Position numbers and translations under genes: made by a program
Origin: an uncultured bacterium
GTDB lineage: Bacteria > Patescibacteriota > Dojkabacteria > J137
Assembly: GCA_963700155.1 (NCBI GenBank)
Contig: OY969472.1
Span: 253,511-317,510 of the forward strand
Direction: 5' to 3'
DNA: 64,000 nucleotides
In this document: positions 44,950-55,390 of the stretch, piece after piece
Layout: each line of letters starts with the position of its first letter
How positions within the stretch are numbered: position 1 is the stretch's first letter
Notes under the pieces: model-generated
The model's database searches: none
What the model was told of the DNA's origin: nothing
Seen by the model: only the letters and a program-made list of their open reading frames with translations

Positions 44950-46266
44950 TTAATCTTTAATCTGTATACTTAATATCTGAGTCTTCTCATCATAAGTAGT
45001 CTGATCTAAAAGCTTAAAATTAGCTTTTTTATTCAATTCAATTCTATATATTGCTTTTCCTGTTGATGAATCAAAGCTATCTCTTGTCAATCCTGCAAAA
45101 TTAGCTCCTGCCATACTTATACCTGACTTACTTTCAATTTGTGAAGGTGTAAGCCCATCAGCTAAATTTGCACTCTTTAAGTTATCAATTTCAACAACAA
45201 TATAGTTAACTCCATCCTTTGTTTCTAAATATGCATTAGCATTAGGAACATAGTCATCCCCTAATTTTCCTTCTTCTGCCCAGCTGAATTCAAAAAAGCT
45301 ACCTTCATCCCAGACATAGTAATTATTCAATGTAATTGAATTCGTATTTAATGCACTGCTTACATATTGTTTACTTTGAGAGAAAGAATTTTCATAATGT
45401 GGTGCTGCTGGCTTAGATGTATCACTGCTCATTGAATCTGAGTTATCTGTTGTTGTATCTTCTGTAGTCGTATTAGTATCATTAGTTGTTGGAGTTTCAG
45501 CATTGGTTGATTGCTCAAGTGCTTTTTGTGTCTTAAAATCTATTACCAAATTATCACCATCAGAAACAACTCTATATTTAATATTATCTGCTAAGAAAAT
45601 AATATACTTTTTATTAACTTGATCAAACCTTATCTCATCTATTACTCCTCCTATTGTTAAATCTTTTTGAAGATTAGTATCAATATTTTTAATACCAACA
45701 AATTCCACAGTCAAGGTAGATTTTGAACTATCAAAAGAAAGATTAACTTTTGGTAATTTATTTTCAGTTGTACTTAGATCGAAAACTAATCTTGAGAATG
45801 TTTCGTAATCGGTATATTGAATTTTATCCAATTTTGCAACATTCATATTAACATCAGTTGAACCCAAACTTACAAGTGTAGAATCTACATAATCTTCATT
45901 ACTTCCAACATTTGAAGCTGAAGCATCAGGTAATCCTATTGTATTAATTATTAACGCTGGATTTGTTTCAATTACAGGTTCGCTAACTGGTGTTTGGCTA
46001 TTAGATTGTGGACTTTCAACCTGCTGATTTGAAATTAATTGTCTTACCAATAAAGCTAATCCAACACCAATAACTATAACAATTAACACATAAATAATAA
46101 TTCTAAGAGAATTATTTTCACCATCTCCTTCCTTCATTTCAGAAAATCTGGTCTTGTCCAGTTTATCAATATTAATTGTACTATTTGCTGCTGGTGGTTT
46201 CGGGTTTTGAATATTATTATTTAAAAGGGGAGAGCCCTCAATCTTATTACCTTCGGAAGGTGTCAT
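44950..46266 (-). CDS. Membrane-anchored extracellular protein, possibly with two AMIN-like beta domains
   Basis: TM at about aa 56-76, FSRLVFDL and NLVIDF strands, Thr/Asp linker, second beta domain. Confidence 0.65.
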   Translation of the reverse strand: MTPSEGNKIEGSPLLNNNIQNPKPPAANSTINIDKLDKTRFSEMKEGDGENNSLRIIIYVLIVIVIGVGLALLVRQLISNQQVESPQSNSQTPVSEPVIETNPALIINTIGLPDASASNVGSNEDYVDSTLVSLGSTDVNMNVAKLDKIQYTDYETFSRLVFDLSTTENKLPKVNLSFDSSKSTLTVEFVGIKNIDTNLQKDLTIGGVIDEIRFDQVNKKYIIFLADNIKYRVVSDGDNLVIDFKTQKALEQSTNAETPTTNDTNTTTEDTTTDNSDSMSSDTSKPAAPHYENSFSQSKQYVSSALNTNSITLNNYYVWDEGSFFEFSWAEEGKLGDDYVPNANAYLETKDGVNYIVVEIDNLKSANLADGLTPSQIESKSGISMAGANFAGLTRDSFDSSTGKAIYRIELNKKANFKLLDQTTYDEKTQILSIQIKD

Positions 46267-46400
46267 TTTAGTTAACAGTAAAAAGTTAAATATTTATTAT
46301 CTAATTTGGCAATTGATTAGATAAATCGATCCGGTGCAAACGGACTTTTTTATAGTATATAGGATAAAAAATACAAGTGCAATACTATATAACGATAGAG

Positions 46401-47165
46401 TTAATTAATTAAACTTCCATCACTCATTTCATGAACTTTATCTATTTTAAGGTAGTCATATACTCTGTCATAATGAGTAATTATCACTATACTAGAAGTT
46501 TTTGAGAGGTTTTTGAAGGTCTTTAGACCTTCAAAAACCTCCTTTACTGAATTTTTATCAAGCCCTGAATCAATTTCATCTAAGAATATATATTTTGGAT
46601 TTAAAATCAGCATCTGTAATATTTCAGTTTTCTTCTTCTCGCCTCCAGAAAAACCCTCATTCAAATTTCTTTTTAAAAGATGAGTAGGGTAGTGGATAAT
46701 TTCAGCTTTCTCCTCTGCCAATTTTTTAAATTTGAAAACACTTAATTGTTCTTCTTTCGGTTTCCTTGAATTATAGATTAATCTTAAGAAGCTCATTAAG
46801 TTTACTCCCGGAATCTCTGTAGGATATTGGGTTGCTAAATAAAGTCCTGATAATGCTCTTTCAGTTGGATTCATTTCATTTAGATCTAGATCATATTTCT
46901 CTTTATTTTTGATTTTAGTAATTTTTTCACTATCTATTTTATTTAGAATATTTATGGGGAATCCTTCATCTCTAATTTTAATTGATCCTTCAGTAACTTT
47001 AAATGAAGGATTCCCCATCAAAGCATTAACAAGGGTGCTTTTCCCAGAACCGTTTTTACCATTTAACAAATGTATTTCTCCTTGATTTATATTCAATGAA
47101 ACACCATGGATAATTTCTTTTTTTTCTTCTGCCAAATTTACTTTTAAGTTTTTTATTTCGAGCAT
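46401..47165 (-). CDS. sufC: SufC-like ABC ATPase
   Basis: GKNGSGKST, QYPTEIPGV, RNLNEGFSGGEKKKTEILQ, LDEIDSGLD, IITHY. Confidence 0.88.
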   Translation of the reverse strand: MLEIKNLKVNLAEEKKEIIHGVSLNINQGEIHLLNGKNGSGKSTLVNALMGNPSFKVTEGSIKIRDEGFPINILNKIDSEKITKIKNKEKYDLDLNEMNPTERALSGLYLATQYPTEIPGVNLMSFLRLIYNSRKPKEEQLSVFKFKKLAEEKAEIIHYPTHLLKRNLNEGFSGGEKKKTEILQMLILNPKYIFLDEIDSGLDKNSVKEVFEGLKTFKNLSKTSSIVIITHYDRVYDYLKIDKVHEMSDGSLIN

Positions 47166-47305
47166 CTGAGCAATTTTTTATATATCTATTAATCTTTTAC
47201 GATTTTGATTATACTATAGAAAATATTAAGAAATTTCTCTTTTTCTTTATTTTTGTTTTGTGTATACTGATAGTGAATTAGAAATTTTGAAGTTAAATTA
47301 CATTA

Positions 47306-47992
47306 ATGGATAATAGAAAAAAAGTAATAATAGTAGTATTAATAGTGCTGACCTTAATTTTAGGGGTTGGTAGCATAGTTATAAGTCAATTACTTCAGAA
47401 CAATCAAGCACCAAGTAATTCTAATGCCAGCGGATTTGGAACTGCTGTAGATAGGCAATATTTTGATGATTTTTATCAAGCATTTTTAACTAGGGGTTGT
47501 TTTGCTTTGCTTTCAGATTCAACTGTAAATGCATATGCACCTTCCGGATTCACAGAAGTTACAAAATATAAATACACTATTACCAATGAAGCACCTGAAG
47601 ATAAAAATCCCTTGAACTGTACAATAAAACTTAATGATGGTAGTAAAGAAATTGACCTTTCAGTTTATACTTACGATCAGAACTCGGGTATTGATCCAAC
47701 TGCTGATGCTTTATTCTCCAGAGTCAATGCTAATATTTCTTCTATCAGCGAAACATTAAATGCAACAAATATGCATTACTATTTTGGAACAGATGCTCAG
47801 GATTCAACATCTTGCAGACTAAATCTCTTTAATTCTAAAAATGATTTCGAATACATAACTCTGGTTTACAAAAATTTCAACAAATCATGCACAGATCTAA
47901 AAACAACAAATGATGAATTTGCATTTGTTTTGAGCACATCCGTTAAAGAATTAATTAATTCAATTACTAATCCAGTATCTTATACTCAATGA
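47306..47992 (+). CDS. Membrane-anchored or secreted protein
   Basis: N-terminal TM then QNNQAPSNSNAS; 4 Cys; stop overlaps the next start (ATGA). Confidence 0.7.
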   Translation: MDNRKKVIIVVLIVLTLILGVGSIVISQLLQNNQAPSNSNASGFGTAVDRQYFDDFYQAFLTRGCFALLSDSTVNAYAPSGFTEVTKYKYTITNEAPEDKNPLNCTIKLNDGSKEIDLSVYTYDQNSGIDPTADALFSRVNANISSISETLNATNMHYYFGTDAQDSTSCRLNLFNSKNDFEYITLVYKNFNKSCTDLKTTNDEFAFVLSTSVKELINSITNPVSYTQ

Positions 47993-49905
47993 AACAAGGA
48001 ACAAGCAAAAAAATTCTCGTAATCTCGTTAGCCATTTTAATTACGCTATTACTAGGTGTGAGTATTTTTATTGCATATAAAATCCAAAATTCACAAGCTC
48101 CAACAAGTAGTAGTGCCAACAGTACTTGCGTCTGGGGATGGATAGGTGGAGGAGCTGGGTGTAATTTTTTTGGATGTCAAGATTACCTTAATGATCATCC
48201 TCAATGTACTTTCCAAGCAAATGATCCTGGGACAAATAATGGTCCAGGTTCTTCATGCGAACAGACAGGTAGTGCATTCGTAGGTAGTGGCTGTAGTGGG
48301 AAAACAATCTTAAAATATACAACAAGCTACAATGGAGGACAATCCAAGTGCCCCACATCAGAGAATCAGACGGTAATTGGAACTTGTGGTAGTAATGGAT
48401 GTACTCTTAATGTAAATCCTGCACCTGGAACTTGTGAGCAACAAGACGTTAATGGCGTAGGAGGAATCTGCAACTGCACCCCGCCAATTCAAACAACAAC
48501 AGTTCAGTGTAATGAAAGTTGCGACAGCACACATCTTTGTCCTACTGGATTGTCTTGTACTAGCGGATTATGCAGATTACCTGCTAACCCTACATCACCA
48601 ACTTGTCAGCCTACAGCTCCAGCAACACCTCAATGTAATGAAGCATGTAGCGATACTAATCCATGTGCTACAGGACTTTCATGTACCAATGGATTATGTA
48701 GATTACCTGCAAATCCTACATCAGAAACTTGTCAGCCAACACCACAATGTAATGAAACTTGTAGTAGTTCTAATCCTTGTGAATCAGGGTTAGAATGTAT
48801 AAACAATCTATGTAGATTACCTGACAACCCAACATCAGCAACATGCCAACCTGCTGAGGTATCATTACAATGTATATCTCTAAATGAAAATGGTTCAGAT
48901 CCATTAGCTGCAGGTACTGGAAGCTTTGTAGAATATAGCTTAACATATCAAAACCCAGCTTCAACTGATCCTTACACAAATATTAAGTTAAGAGTTGGAA
49001 CAGCTAGTAGCCCAGTAGGTAGAGATGCAAATAATACTTCAAGCAATATGGTTGCACCTTATAATGTTACTCATGATGCAGTTAATGATACATGGACATA
49101 CTTATTCAGATGGGAAGCCGCTTCCACATCAGGTATCGCAGTATCAGCTGGAACATACAATGTTAGAGTACTACTTGATGGAACAACAGCAACTGAGGTA
49201 TCAACACCATCTGGATGTACTGAAACTATTACAATATCTTCAACAGCTGTTGAGGAACCACTATTTACTATACTAAAAGAATCAGCTCCTGTTTGCGAAA
49301 CAAATGGCAATGCAACAGTAAATTATACAATTACCGTAACTAATATAGGTTCTGTTCCAGGAACAATAGATTTTGTGCAGGATACCTATGATTCTCAAGC
49401 TAATACTTTAGGAATATTACCAACAAATCTTGATCCTAGTTATGGTGTAGTTAATGCTGGAACAATTACTTGGACTGGAGACAATTCACAGCGAACATAT
49501 TCAGCTGGACAAGCTAAACAATTTAAATATACATTAACAGTTCCTGCAGCAAACTTAGATACCTTCAGTTCTACAGGATTGTTAAATCAAGCCGTAGTTC
49601 AATATGATACATCTACAACAAATAATAATACTGCTAGCTTTGACTTAAGAACTTTCTTAAGTTGTACTGTAACAATTCCAAATACAGGTATTCTTGATGA
49701 CTCAAGGTTTGTATTAGTTGGATTAATCTTTATAATACTTGGAATATTAGTATTCAAATTTGGGATAGGAGAGGATTTAAGTTTATTGGTAGTTAATAAA
49801 ACTTCAGGATTACTAAGTGAAAGAACAAAGAGCTTATTAAGAAAAGTTATGCCTTATGAAGAATCAATAATTGATGAGATGGAAAGAAAAAGAGAAGAGA
49901 AATAA
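47989..49905 (+). CDS. Cys-rich surface protein with three tandem repeats, DUF11-like domain and LPXTG-like anchor
   Basis: N-terminal TM; 3x QCNExCxxxxxCxxGLxCxxxLCRLPxNPTSxTCQP; VNYTITVTNIG; IPNTG then TM and charged tail. Confidence 0.8.
   Translation: MKQGTSKKILVISLAILITLLLGVSIFIAYKIQNSQAPTSSSANSTCVWGWIGGGAGCNFFGCQDYLNDHPQCTFQANDPGTNNGPGSSCEQTGSAFVGSGCSGKTILKYTTSYNGGQSKCPTSENQTVIGTCGSNGCTLNVNPAPGTCEQQDVNGVGGICNCTPPIQTTTVQCNESCDSTHLCPTGLSCTSGLCRLPANPTSPTCQPTAPATPQCNEACSDTNPCATGLSCTNGLCRLPANPTSETCQPTPQCNETCSSSNPCESGLECINNLCRLPDNPTSATCQPAEVSLQCISLNENGSDPLAAGTGSFVEYSLTYQNPASTDPYTNIKLRVGTASSPVGRDANNTSSNMVAPYNVTHDAVNDTWTYLFRWEAASTSGIAVSAGTYNVRVLLDGTTATEVSTPSGCTETITISSTAVEEPLFTILKESAPVCETNGNATVNYTITVTNIGSVPGTIDFVQDTYDSQANTLGILPTNLDPSYGVVNAGTITWTGDNSQRTYSAGQAKQFKYTLTVPAANLDTFSSTGLLNQAVVQYDTSTTNNNTASFDLRTFLSCTVTIPNTGILDDSRFVLVGLIFIILGILVFKFGIGEDLSLLVVNKTSGLLSERTKSLLRKVMPYEESIIDEMERKREEK
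48505..48852 (+). repeat. Three intragenic ~110-120-bp Cys-rich tandem repeats
   Basis: Recurrent CA(A/G)TGTAATGAA...TG(C/T)AGATTACCTG...ACATCA. Confidence 0.9.
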
Positions 49906-49907
49906 TT

Positions 49908-50390
49908 TCAAATCATCAATTTTAAAGCTCTTTCATTATCCCTAAGCCACCTTCTGTGTAACTTATATTCTGGTATTATACTTTCAACAATACTCCAGAA
50001 GTCTTTTGAATGATTCATTTCCTTTGTATGTGCTAATTCATGAACAATCACATAGTCAGAAATTGAGATAGGAGCAAGATAAAGTCTCCAATTAAAATTC
50101 AAATTTTTATAAGAAGAACAACTTCCCCAACGAGTTGACTGATCTTTTATTGCTATTCTATTGAATTCAAAATTATTAAGTAAAGCTATTTCTCGTGTTC
50201 TTTTAGTAATATTTAACTTAGACTGTTTTTTTAGCCATTCTAAAAGTACTTGCTGATGAGGCTTAATATTATTTTCTGCTGTAAATATATGAAGTTCATC
50301 ACCAATCATTAAAACATTTGGTTTAATAAATTTTTTCTTTGAAAAGATAATATTAAATTCTTCTCCTTGTATTAGTATTCTTGAAGTCAT
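49908..50390 (-). CDS. M48/YgjP (DUF45) metal-dependent hydrolase
   Basis: TRWGSCS, LNFNWRL, DYVIVHELAH, MNHSKDFW. Confidence 0.9.
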   Translation of the reverse strand: MTSRILIQGEEFNIIFSKKKFIKPNVLMIGDELHIFTAENNIKPHQQVLLEWLKKQSKLNITKRTREIALLNNFEFNRIAIKDQSTRWGSCSSYKNLNFNWRLYLAPISISDYVIVHELAHTKEMNHSKDFWSIVESIIPEYKLHRRWLRDNERALKLMI

Positions 50391-50418
50391 TTAAGAATTT
50401 TACTACAAAGAATTATTT

Positions 50419-52323
50419 TTACAAAAACTTAACCAATTTGCTTAAAAGTTTAGCAATTTCAACTAATGATATTCCAGATGAAGCAAGATAAATTGGCCAT
50501 GGATAAATCTTACCTTCAGAGTCAATAGAGTGGTCTAAATAGTAAATCTTATCCCCTACATTTGGATAACTCGCAGGCTGAAAATTCACAGAATCCGATA
50601 ATTCTGATTCTCCTAAAATAGAGCCAGCAAGTAGAGTAGTGGTCTTTAAATTTTCAGCCTGTTTAGAATTTGGATCATTTTCTGAAATTGAAAAAATTTG
50701 AACATCAGAAGGGTAGCGGGGTATTATCGTAAAATAATCTCCGTCTTTAATTAATACTCCAGTAACCTCAACAATATCACCTTTAGTTTTTTCTTGAAGA
50801 GTAATTTTCGAATTTGAATTTATCTTTACTTTTATACTCCCACTATTGTATGAAAGATAAAAAGTTGTTCCATAATTTTTGCTTATATCTGATTTGAAAT
50901 ACACTAATGAACCTAAAGAACTTTCTAGATTGCCCATATCGCGGACATTTATAATACTAACTTCTTGATTTTTCTTAGTGATCTCTAAATCTGATGAATT
51001 GTTAACTTCAATATACACAGGTGAAGAGGAAGGAACCCTATAATAACCTACAACTTTAATTATGTCCCCAACATTAAGACTAAATGTTTCTTTATTCTCA
51101 AAGTTTAAAACTATTTTAATTCCACTAGATTGATCTTGAATAAAAAACGAATAATTACTTATCAATCCAATTTCAGAAATTACAATACCTTCTAAGCTAA
51201 CATAGCTATCTTTTTTTATCTTATCCTTGTCAGAAATTAACATACTTTTTGGTAAAGGAAAGTTATTTATACTTCCTGGAGTAGCGATAGAAGTAGTGGG
51301 AACAAAGTTCTTTGATTCGTCAAAATTGTAAATCTTTTGATAAGAATTATTTATAAACTTTCTAGATACTGATAAAGATGTTGCTGTGCTATCGTATTTG
51401 AAGTTATCCACAATCGTATCATTTGCGTCAAATAAGAAAATTGAGTCTCCAGAATTATTAAGAGAGAGTTTAAGATCATTTTCATAAATAACTAAATATG
51501 ATCCAGATGATAAAGTAGTAAAAGGTAGCATTGTTTTAGTTGTCCCAATTTCACCATTGCTGCTTCTCTCTTTTAAATACATTCCTGAGATATCTACAGT
51601 TGATATATCCTGATTATATATCTCAAGCCATTCAGTTTCATTTAAATTTTTATTTGGCGATGGGTACCCTTCTGATATAAGGATATTACTTTGTTTACCC
51701 ATCGCCGTCTCAGGAGGATTCTCAGGAACCTCGGGAAAATCAATTGGTGAATTATTTAATTCTGGCCAACAATTTGAATCTAAATTATAGTTTGATAACC
51801 CTATAGTATTTATATCTGTTATTTGAAGTTGACTACAAAACTCTGAACTTATCGGTCCTCTCCTCTCTAAACTTTTTCCTTCAGAAGTATCTTGATAATC
51901 TAATGAATCAATAATATCCCCATTATTGTTAGTAAGATAAATTTGAGCGTTTGAATTGTACATATTTAACTTACCTGCACCAACATTCACGCCAGCAATC
52001 CCCTGCTCTAAATCAAATTCAGAAATTACAAAATAACTCTGAGGCTGAATTATTACATCAGGTAATATTGTATTCCTTGGTGTTGATGTAGTCTTTGTCG
52101 AAATCTTCCAGTCTTTTAAATTAACTTGAACTGTTGAAAGATTATAAATCTCTACCCATTCTTTACCAGAATCTGATCCATCAGCATCTGGTAAAAATTC
52201 ATTTATAAAAACTGTAATTTCCTCTGCTCTAACCTTATTAATAATAAATATAGAAAAAGGAAAACAAATAATTATCTCTAATACTGCAATAAATAAAATT
52301 ATAAAGAAGTTCTTCATAGACAA
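50419..52323 (-). CDS. Surface protein with two lamin-tail domains and OB-fold(s)
   Basis: INEFLPD..EWVEIYN and ISEGYPSP..EWLEIYN, TPGSIN, FIQDQSSGI, GDIVEVTG..IIPRYPSDV. Confidence 0.85.
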   Translation of the reverse strand: MSMKNFFIILFIAVLEIIICFPFSIFIINKVRAEEITVFINEFLPDADGSDSGKEWVEIYNLSTVQVNLKDWKISTKTTSTPRNTILPDVIIQPQSYFVISEFDLEQGIAGVNVGAGKLNMYNSNAQIYLTNNNGDIIDSLDYQDTSEGKSLERRGPISSEFCSQLQITDINTIGLSNYNLDSNCWPELNNSPIDFPEVPENPPETAMGKQSNILISEGYPSPNKNLNETEWLEIYNQDISTVDISGMYLKERSSNGEIGTTKTMLPFTTLSSGSYLVIYENDLKLSLNNSGDSIFLFDANDTIVDNFKYDSTATSLSVSRKFINNSYQKIYNFDESKNFVPTTSIATPGSINNFPLPKSMLISDKDKIKKDSYVSLEGIVISEIGLISNYSFFIQDQSSGIKIVLNFENKETFSLNVGDIIKVVGYYRVPSSSPVYIEVNNSSDLEITKKNQEVSIINVRDMGNLESSLGSLVYFKSDISKNYGTTFYLSYNSGSIKVKINSNSKITLQEKTKGDIVEVTGVLIKDGDYFTIIPRYPSDVQIFSISENDPNSKQAENLKTTTLLAGSILGESELSDSVNFQPASYPNVGDKIYYLDHSIDSEGKIYPWPIYLASSGISLVEIAKLLSKLVKFL

Positions 52324-52417
52324 AATAAAATATATTTAAATTCTATGAAGAACTTCTAACAAAAAACTTACAAAATTAAAGATTTTTATTTATTTTGAGC
52401 TACCAAATTTGAAGTAA

Positions 52418-52450
52418 AAAGGAGGCTTTTTCTTCGAAAAAGCCTCCTTT
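52418..52450. terminator. Intrinsic terminator
   Basis: AAAGGAGGCTTTTTC-ttc-GAAAAAGCCTCCTTT. Confidence 0.85.
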
Positions 52451-52469
52451 AAAATGTTTTATTTATTCC

Positions 52470-52850
52470 TTATTTTATTAATTGATCTGTAAAATCAGCA
52501 AGATAAGGCAATCTATATTTGTTTCCTTGTAATGCATTTACTAGTAGTACTAACCACAAGATAAATACGACTAAACCTAATAATGAAATGAAGAATGAAA
52601 TTACCCAACCTAAGAATGGAATCAACCCTACAACGAATGAAACAATAGAAACTGCAATACTTAAGATCAATAATCCTATACTCTGTTTTGCATAAAATTT
52701 GACTAAATCTCCAGCATCAGGCATTGCATAATAGATAATTAAACCTATCAATGGGATTGTTGCTACTGCTGCTAAAACTGTGTCATTTGAAGCACTTGGC
52801 ATAGATGATGTTGGTGCTGAGTCTGGCATTGGTGTAGTTGCATCTGACAT
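52470..52850 (-). CDS. DUF4870-like small membrane protein
   Basis: VKFYAKQS, IPFLGW, NALQGNKYRLPYL. Confidence 0.75.
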   Translation of the reverse strand: MSDATTPMPDSAPTSSMPSASNDTVLAAVATIPLIGLIIYYAMPDAGDLVKFYAKQSIGLLILSIAVSIVSFVVGLIPFLGWVISFFISLLGLVVFILWLVLLVNALQGNKYRLPYLADFTDQLIK

Positions 52851-52913
52851 ATTTAAATTAATAATAATAAATAATTAGCTATATGATAAAACTTTATCCC
52901 TTATAGTTCAATA

Positions 52914-53687
52914 CTAATCGATTAACGTTAGTATCTCTGGTTTACCTTTTCTCACAATAACCATATGTTCAAACATGGCTCCGATTGAACCATCAATTGT
53001 CTTTAATGTCCAAGCATCAGAGTCAAAACGAAGTTCCGCAGAACCTGTTGTAATCTGATTTTCAACACATAAAACCATCCCATCAATAAGTTGAGGACCG
53101 CTTCCTCGACGACCATAAGAAGTTACCTCTGGTGATTCATGCAAAGATTTCCCAATACCATGGCCACAATAAGTAGTTACAAATTCGAAGCCTGAGAGCT
53201 CTGCAACACTTTGCAAAGCAAAAGAGATATCTCCAACAGTATTACCCACAATAGCTTCTTTCACAGCAGTATCAACACATAATTTCGCAGTATTAATTAA
53301 TTGCTCAAGTCGTTGAGGAAGCGGTCCAAGACTAACTGTAACACAATGATCTGTATAAAACCCTTTGTAGATAATTCCAAAATCTAGCTTAATTACATCT
53401 CCTTTTTTAAAAATTTTATCTGGATGTGGGATTCCATGAAGGACTTCATCATTTACACAAACACACATTGAATTTGGATAAGGATATTTTATTCCTTCTA
53501 CTCCTTTAAATGCAGGTTTTACATTATTTTCTTTGCATAATTTTGCAGCAAGATCGTCAATATCTTTTGCACTTACTCCTTCTTTTACAGCATCTCTTAA
53601 TTGCTTTAAAATTTGGGCTGAAAGTTTACCGGCTTCTCGTAAAGTCTTTATATCATTGGGATCTGTAAATACATTCCTAAATTTCAA
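52914..53687 (-). CDS. map: Methionine aminopeptidase type I
   Basis: VNDEVLHGIP, DFG..GFYTD, GHGIGKSLHE, FEHMV. Confidence 0.95.
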   Translation of the reverse strand: MKFRNVFTDPNDIKTLREAGKLSAQILKQLRDAVKEGVSAKDIDDLAAKLCKENNVKPAFKGVEGIKYPYPNSMCVCVNDEVLHGIPHPDKIFKKGDVIKLDFGIIYKGFYTDHCVTVSLGPLPQRLEQLINTAKLCVDTAVKEAIVGNTVGDISFALQSVAELSGFEFVTTYCGHGIGKSLHESPEVTSYGRRGSGPQLIDGMVLCVENQITTGSAELRFDSDAWTLKTIDGSIGAMFEHMVIVRKGKPEILTLID

Positions 53688-53696
53688 GAGTATAAA

Positions 53697-55310
53697 CTAA
53701 AAGATATACTTTTCATAACTCTTGGTTGCTCTTAAAGACCTGTATTGTCTTAATGTATCTAATAATACAGTAACGATAATCAAAATACTAGTTCCGCCAA
53801 TTCCCGAAAGTATTGCTAATTGATTACCTGTTGTTATCAAAATTACATCTCTACTTACCAAAGGTATCAATGCTATGATCGCTAAAAGTATTGAGCCAAC
53901 TAATGAAATTCTTACCAAAACACCAGTAATAAATTTTTCTGTTGCGCGACCAGGTCTAACTCCAGGAATGAAAGCTCCTGACTTTTGTAAATTCTCTGCA
54001 GTTTCTTTTGGATTAAGTACAATAAATGAATAAAATATTCCGAATATTATGACTAATAAGAAGTAGACAATAATATAAGTAATATCTCGATTATCAACAA
54101 CATTATCTCTTGCAGCATATAAAAACCCGTTCTGAACAGAAGTTAAAAAATCTATTACCCTTTGATGATCTTTTAATACATTCAAAAGTACTGGAACAAT
54201 AATTTGTGGTATAGAAAGCAACGAAGTTGCAAAAATTACCGGTAGCACTCCAGTCAAAGTGAATTTGATAGGTAAACTCGAACCTTGACCTATTTCAGCT
54301 CCACGAACCCTGCGGGCATATTGAATATCTACATTACGCTGAGATTCATTAATAAATATAATCGCCCCAACAACAACAATAAACCCAATAATTACACCTA
54401 CAAGCGAAAGTATCAATGGATTTGTTAAAGCATTTAGATTACCTTGCAATAACTGACTAAGACTTGTTCCGAAATTAATCTTTGAAAAGTCTTGAACCAA
54501 AAGTGTTGGTAACATTGCTAAAATTCCAACAGTAATAACTACAGACGAACCATTCCCTAAACCATTTTCAGTTACCAGTTCAGAAAGCCACATCAGAAAC
54601 ATTGTTCCTGCAGCAAGAATAACTGCCATAAATAATATTTTTTGAATTGTAGGCCAATCCATTCCAGTCGAATGTGGAATAAGATATACTGGTACATGAC
54701 TTGGATCTGATGCAATCGTTGGATCTGCATTTGGATTCAATAAGTCTCTTTGTGATAAATAAAGAAGATATGCAACAGAATAAAAGAATGACAATGGCAA
54801 GGTTAAATATCTTGTTATCTGATTAATAAGTTGTCTTCCTCGCTCTCCTTCTTTCTGCAATTCTTTTAATCGTGGTATTGCATAAGGCAAAAGCTGCATT
54901 ATGATGGATGCATTAATATATGCTGCAATTCCTAAACCTACTACGCTAGGAGTTTCAAATTGTCCTCCAGTAAATATTGAAAATAAAAAACTTCCTTCAG
55001 AAGCAGTAGATTGACCAAAGTATTGTTTATAAACACTCATATCGACTCCTGGCAATGGAATAGAAGCCAACCCTCGATAAATTACAACTACTAAAAGAGT
55101 TAATAACAACTTGTTTCTAATATCCTTACTTGTTAAGTTAATTGAAATAAATTTAGAAAATCTTGTAGATCTGATTTTTTCAATTGGAGTTCTTATCAAT
55201 CTATGATTAATTATTCTTCCGAGCAAATTATCCTCTTTTAATCTTTCATTTGAAAAAGGATCTTCATCTTGATTCTTGGAGGGTTTATTACTTCTTCTTT
55301 TAAAAAACAT
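53697..55310 (-). CDS. secY: Preprotein translocase SecY
   Basis: IPLPGVD, LGIAAYINASIIMQLL, GLGNGSS, AENLQKSGAFIPGVRPG, GGTSILI. Confidence 0.96.
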   Translation of the reverse strand: MFFKRRSNKPSKNQDEDPFSNERLKEDNLLGRIINHRLIRTPIEKIRSTRFSKFISINLTSKDIRNKLLLTLLVVVIYRGLASIPLPGVDMSVYKQYFGQSTASEGSFLFSIFTGGQFETPSVVGLGIAAYINASIIMQLLPYAIPRLKELQKEGERGRQLINQITRYLTLPLSFFYSVAYLLYLSQRDLLNPNADPTIASDPSHVPVYLIPHSTGMDWPTIQKILFMAVILAAGTMFLMWLSELVTENGLGNGSSVVITVGILAMLPTLLVQDFSKINFGTSLSQLLQGNLNALTNPLILSLVGVIIGFIVVVGAIIFINESQRNVDIQYARRVRGAEIGQGSSLPIKFTLTGVLPVIFATSLLSIPQIIVPVLLNVLKDHQRVIDFLTSVQNGFLYAARDNVVDNRDITYIIVYFLLVIIFGIFYSFIVLNPKETAENLQKSGAFIPGVRPGRATEKFITGVLVRISLVGSILLAIIALIPLVSRDVILITTGNQLAILSGIGGTSILIIVTVLLDTLRQYRSLRATKSYEKYIF

Positions 55311-55390
55311 AATCTTCGAATATTAAATAAATTCACTGAATGATTATACTGTATAAGAGCTGACTTTTTAAAGAAGAAAATCTGAAACTC

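Noticed and set aside
46270-46350. Possible riboswitch upstream of the 438-aa surface protein gene
   Set aside because: Only a short hairpin (GTCCG...CGGAT on the minus strand); no recognisable aptamer consensus.
48505-48852. CRISPR-like or DGR repeats
   Set aside because: The repeats are in-frame protein repeats with mostly synonymous variation; no spacers, cas genes, RT or adenine-specific pattern.
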